A stretch of DNA of 64,000 nt, taken from positions 352,001 through 416,000 of the forward strand of contig CAVOUE010000003.1 of NCBI GenBank assembly GCA_963699545.1, given 5' to 3'. The DNA comes from Nitrospirota bacterium (lineage in GTDB: Bacteria > Nitrospirota > Thermodesulfovibrionia > Thermodesulfovibrionales > UBA9159). The notes under the pieces were generated by a model that was not told the DNA's origin, did not search any database, and worked only from the letters and a program-made list of their open reading frames with translations. Position 1 is the stretch's first letter. The number at the start of each line of letters is the position of its first letter. Positions 63,938 through 64,000 of the stretch are shown here, piece by piece. The translations under genes were made by a program, and so were the position numbers.

Positions 63938-64000
63938 TGAGGGTGATTGCATTCCATGGCAGTCCGAGGGTTGAAGGGAATACCGAGATCCTGCTCAAGG
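63937..64000 (+). CDS. Flavodoxin-like/iron-sulfur flavoprotein (partial, runs off the window)
   Basis: MRVIAFHGSPRVEGNTEILLK; ATG overlaps the rubrerythrin stop. Confidence 0.7.
   Translation, partial: MRVIAFHGSPRVEGNTEILLK

Overview
Bacterial chromosome window, most consistent with a sulfur-cycling Nitrospirota (Thermodesulfovibrionia-like) organism, inferred from DsrAB sequence style and gene context. The right third holds a reductive-type dsr cluster (dsrABD-dsrN, two uncharacterised genes, dsrC-dsrTMKJOP, ferredoxin). A convergent dsrH-dsrE-dsrF-like/tusA operon and an oxidative-stress cluster follow it. The middle is housekeeping: thiSGEC with a TPP riboswitch, purA, serA, htrA, ispDF, mnmG-rsmG, parAB with two parS sites, mnmE and smc. 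There are four intact tRNA genes (Ala-GGC, Arg-CCT, Pro-CGG, Sec). The left 15 kb is accessory DNA with the most unusual signals. (1) A small GIY-YIG nuclease gene sits between an intact tRNA-Ala and two tRNA-Ala remnants whose hairpin arms are cleanly replaced by an 11-bp palindrome, GTCG-N3-CGAC. (2) An integrase-free, cassette-like array of co-oriented accessory or defence-like genes lies next to tRNA-Arg, each gene block followed by a member of one degenerate repeat family. (3) An AT-rich islet carries a toxin-antitoxin pair and a nucleotidyl-cyclase-like gene. The dsrA and dsrC promoters share a TACA-N8-TGTA operator-like motif. Several genes carry small frameshifts that are probably sequencing errors. 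All homology calls come from motif recognition by eye; no searches were run.
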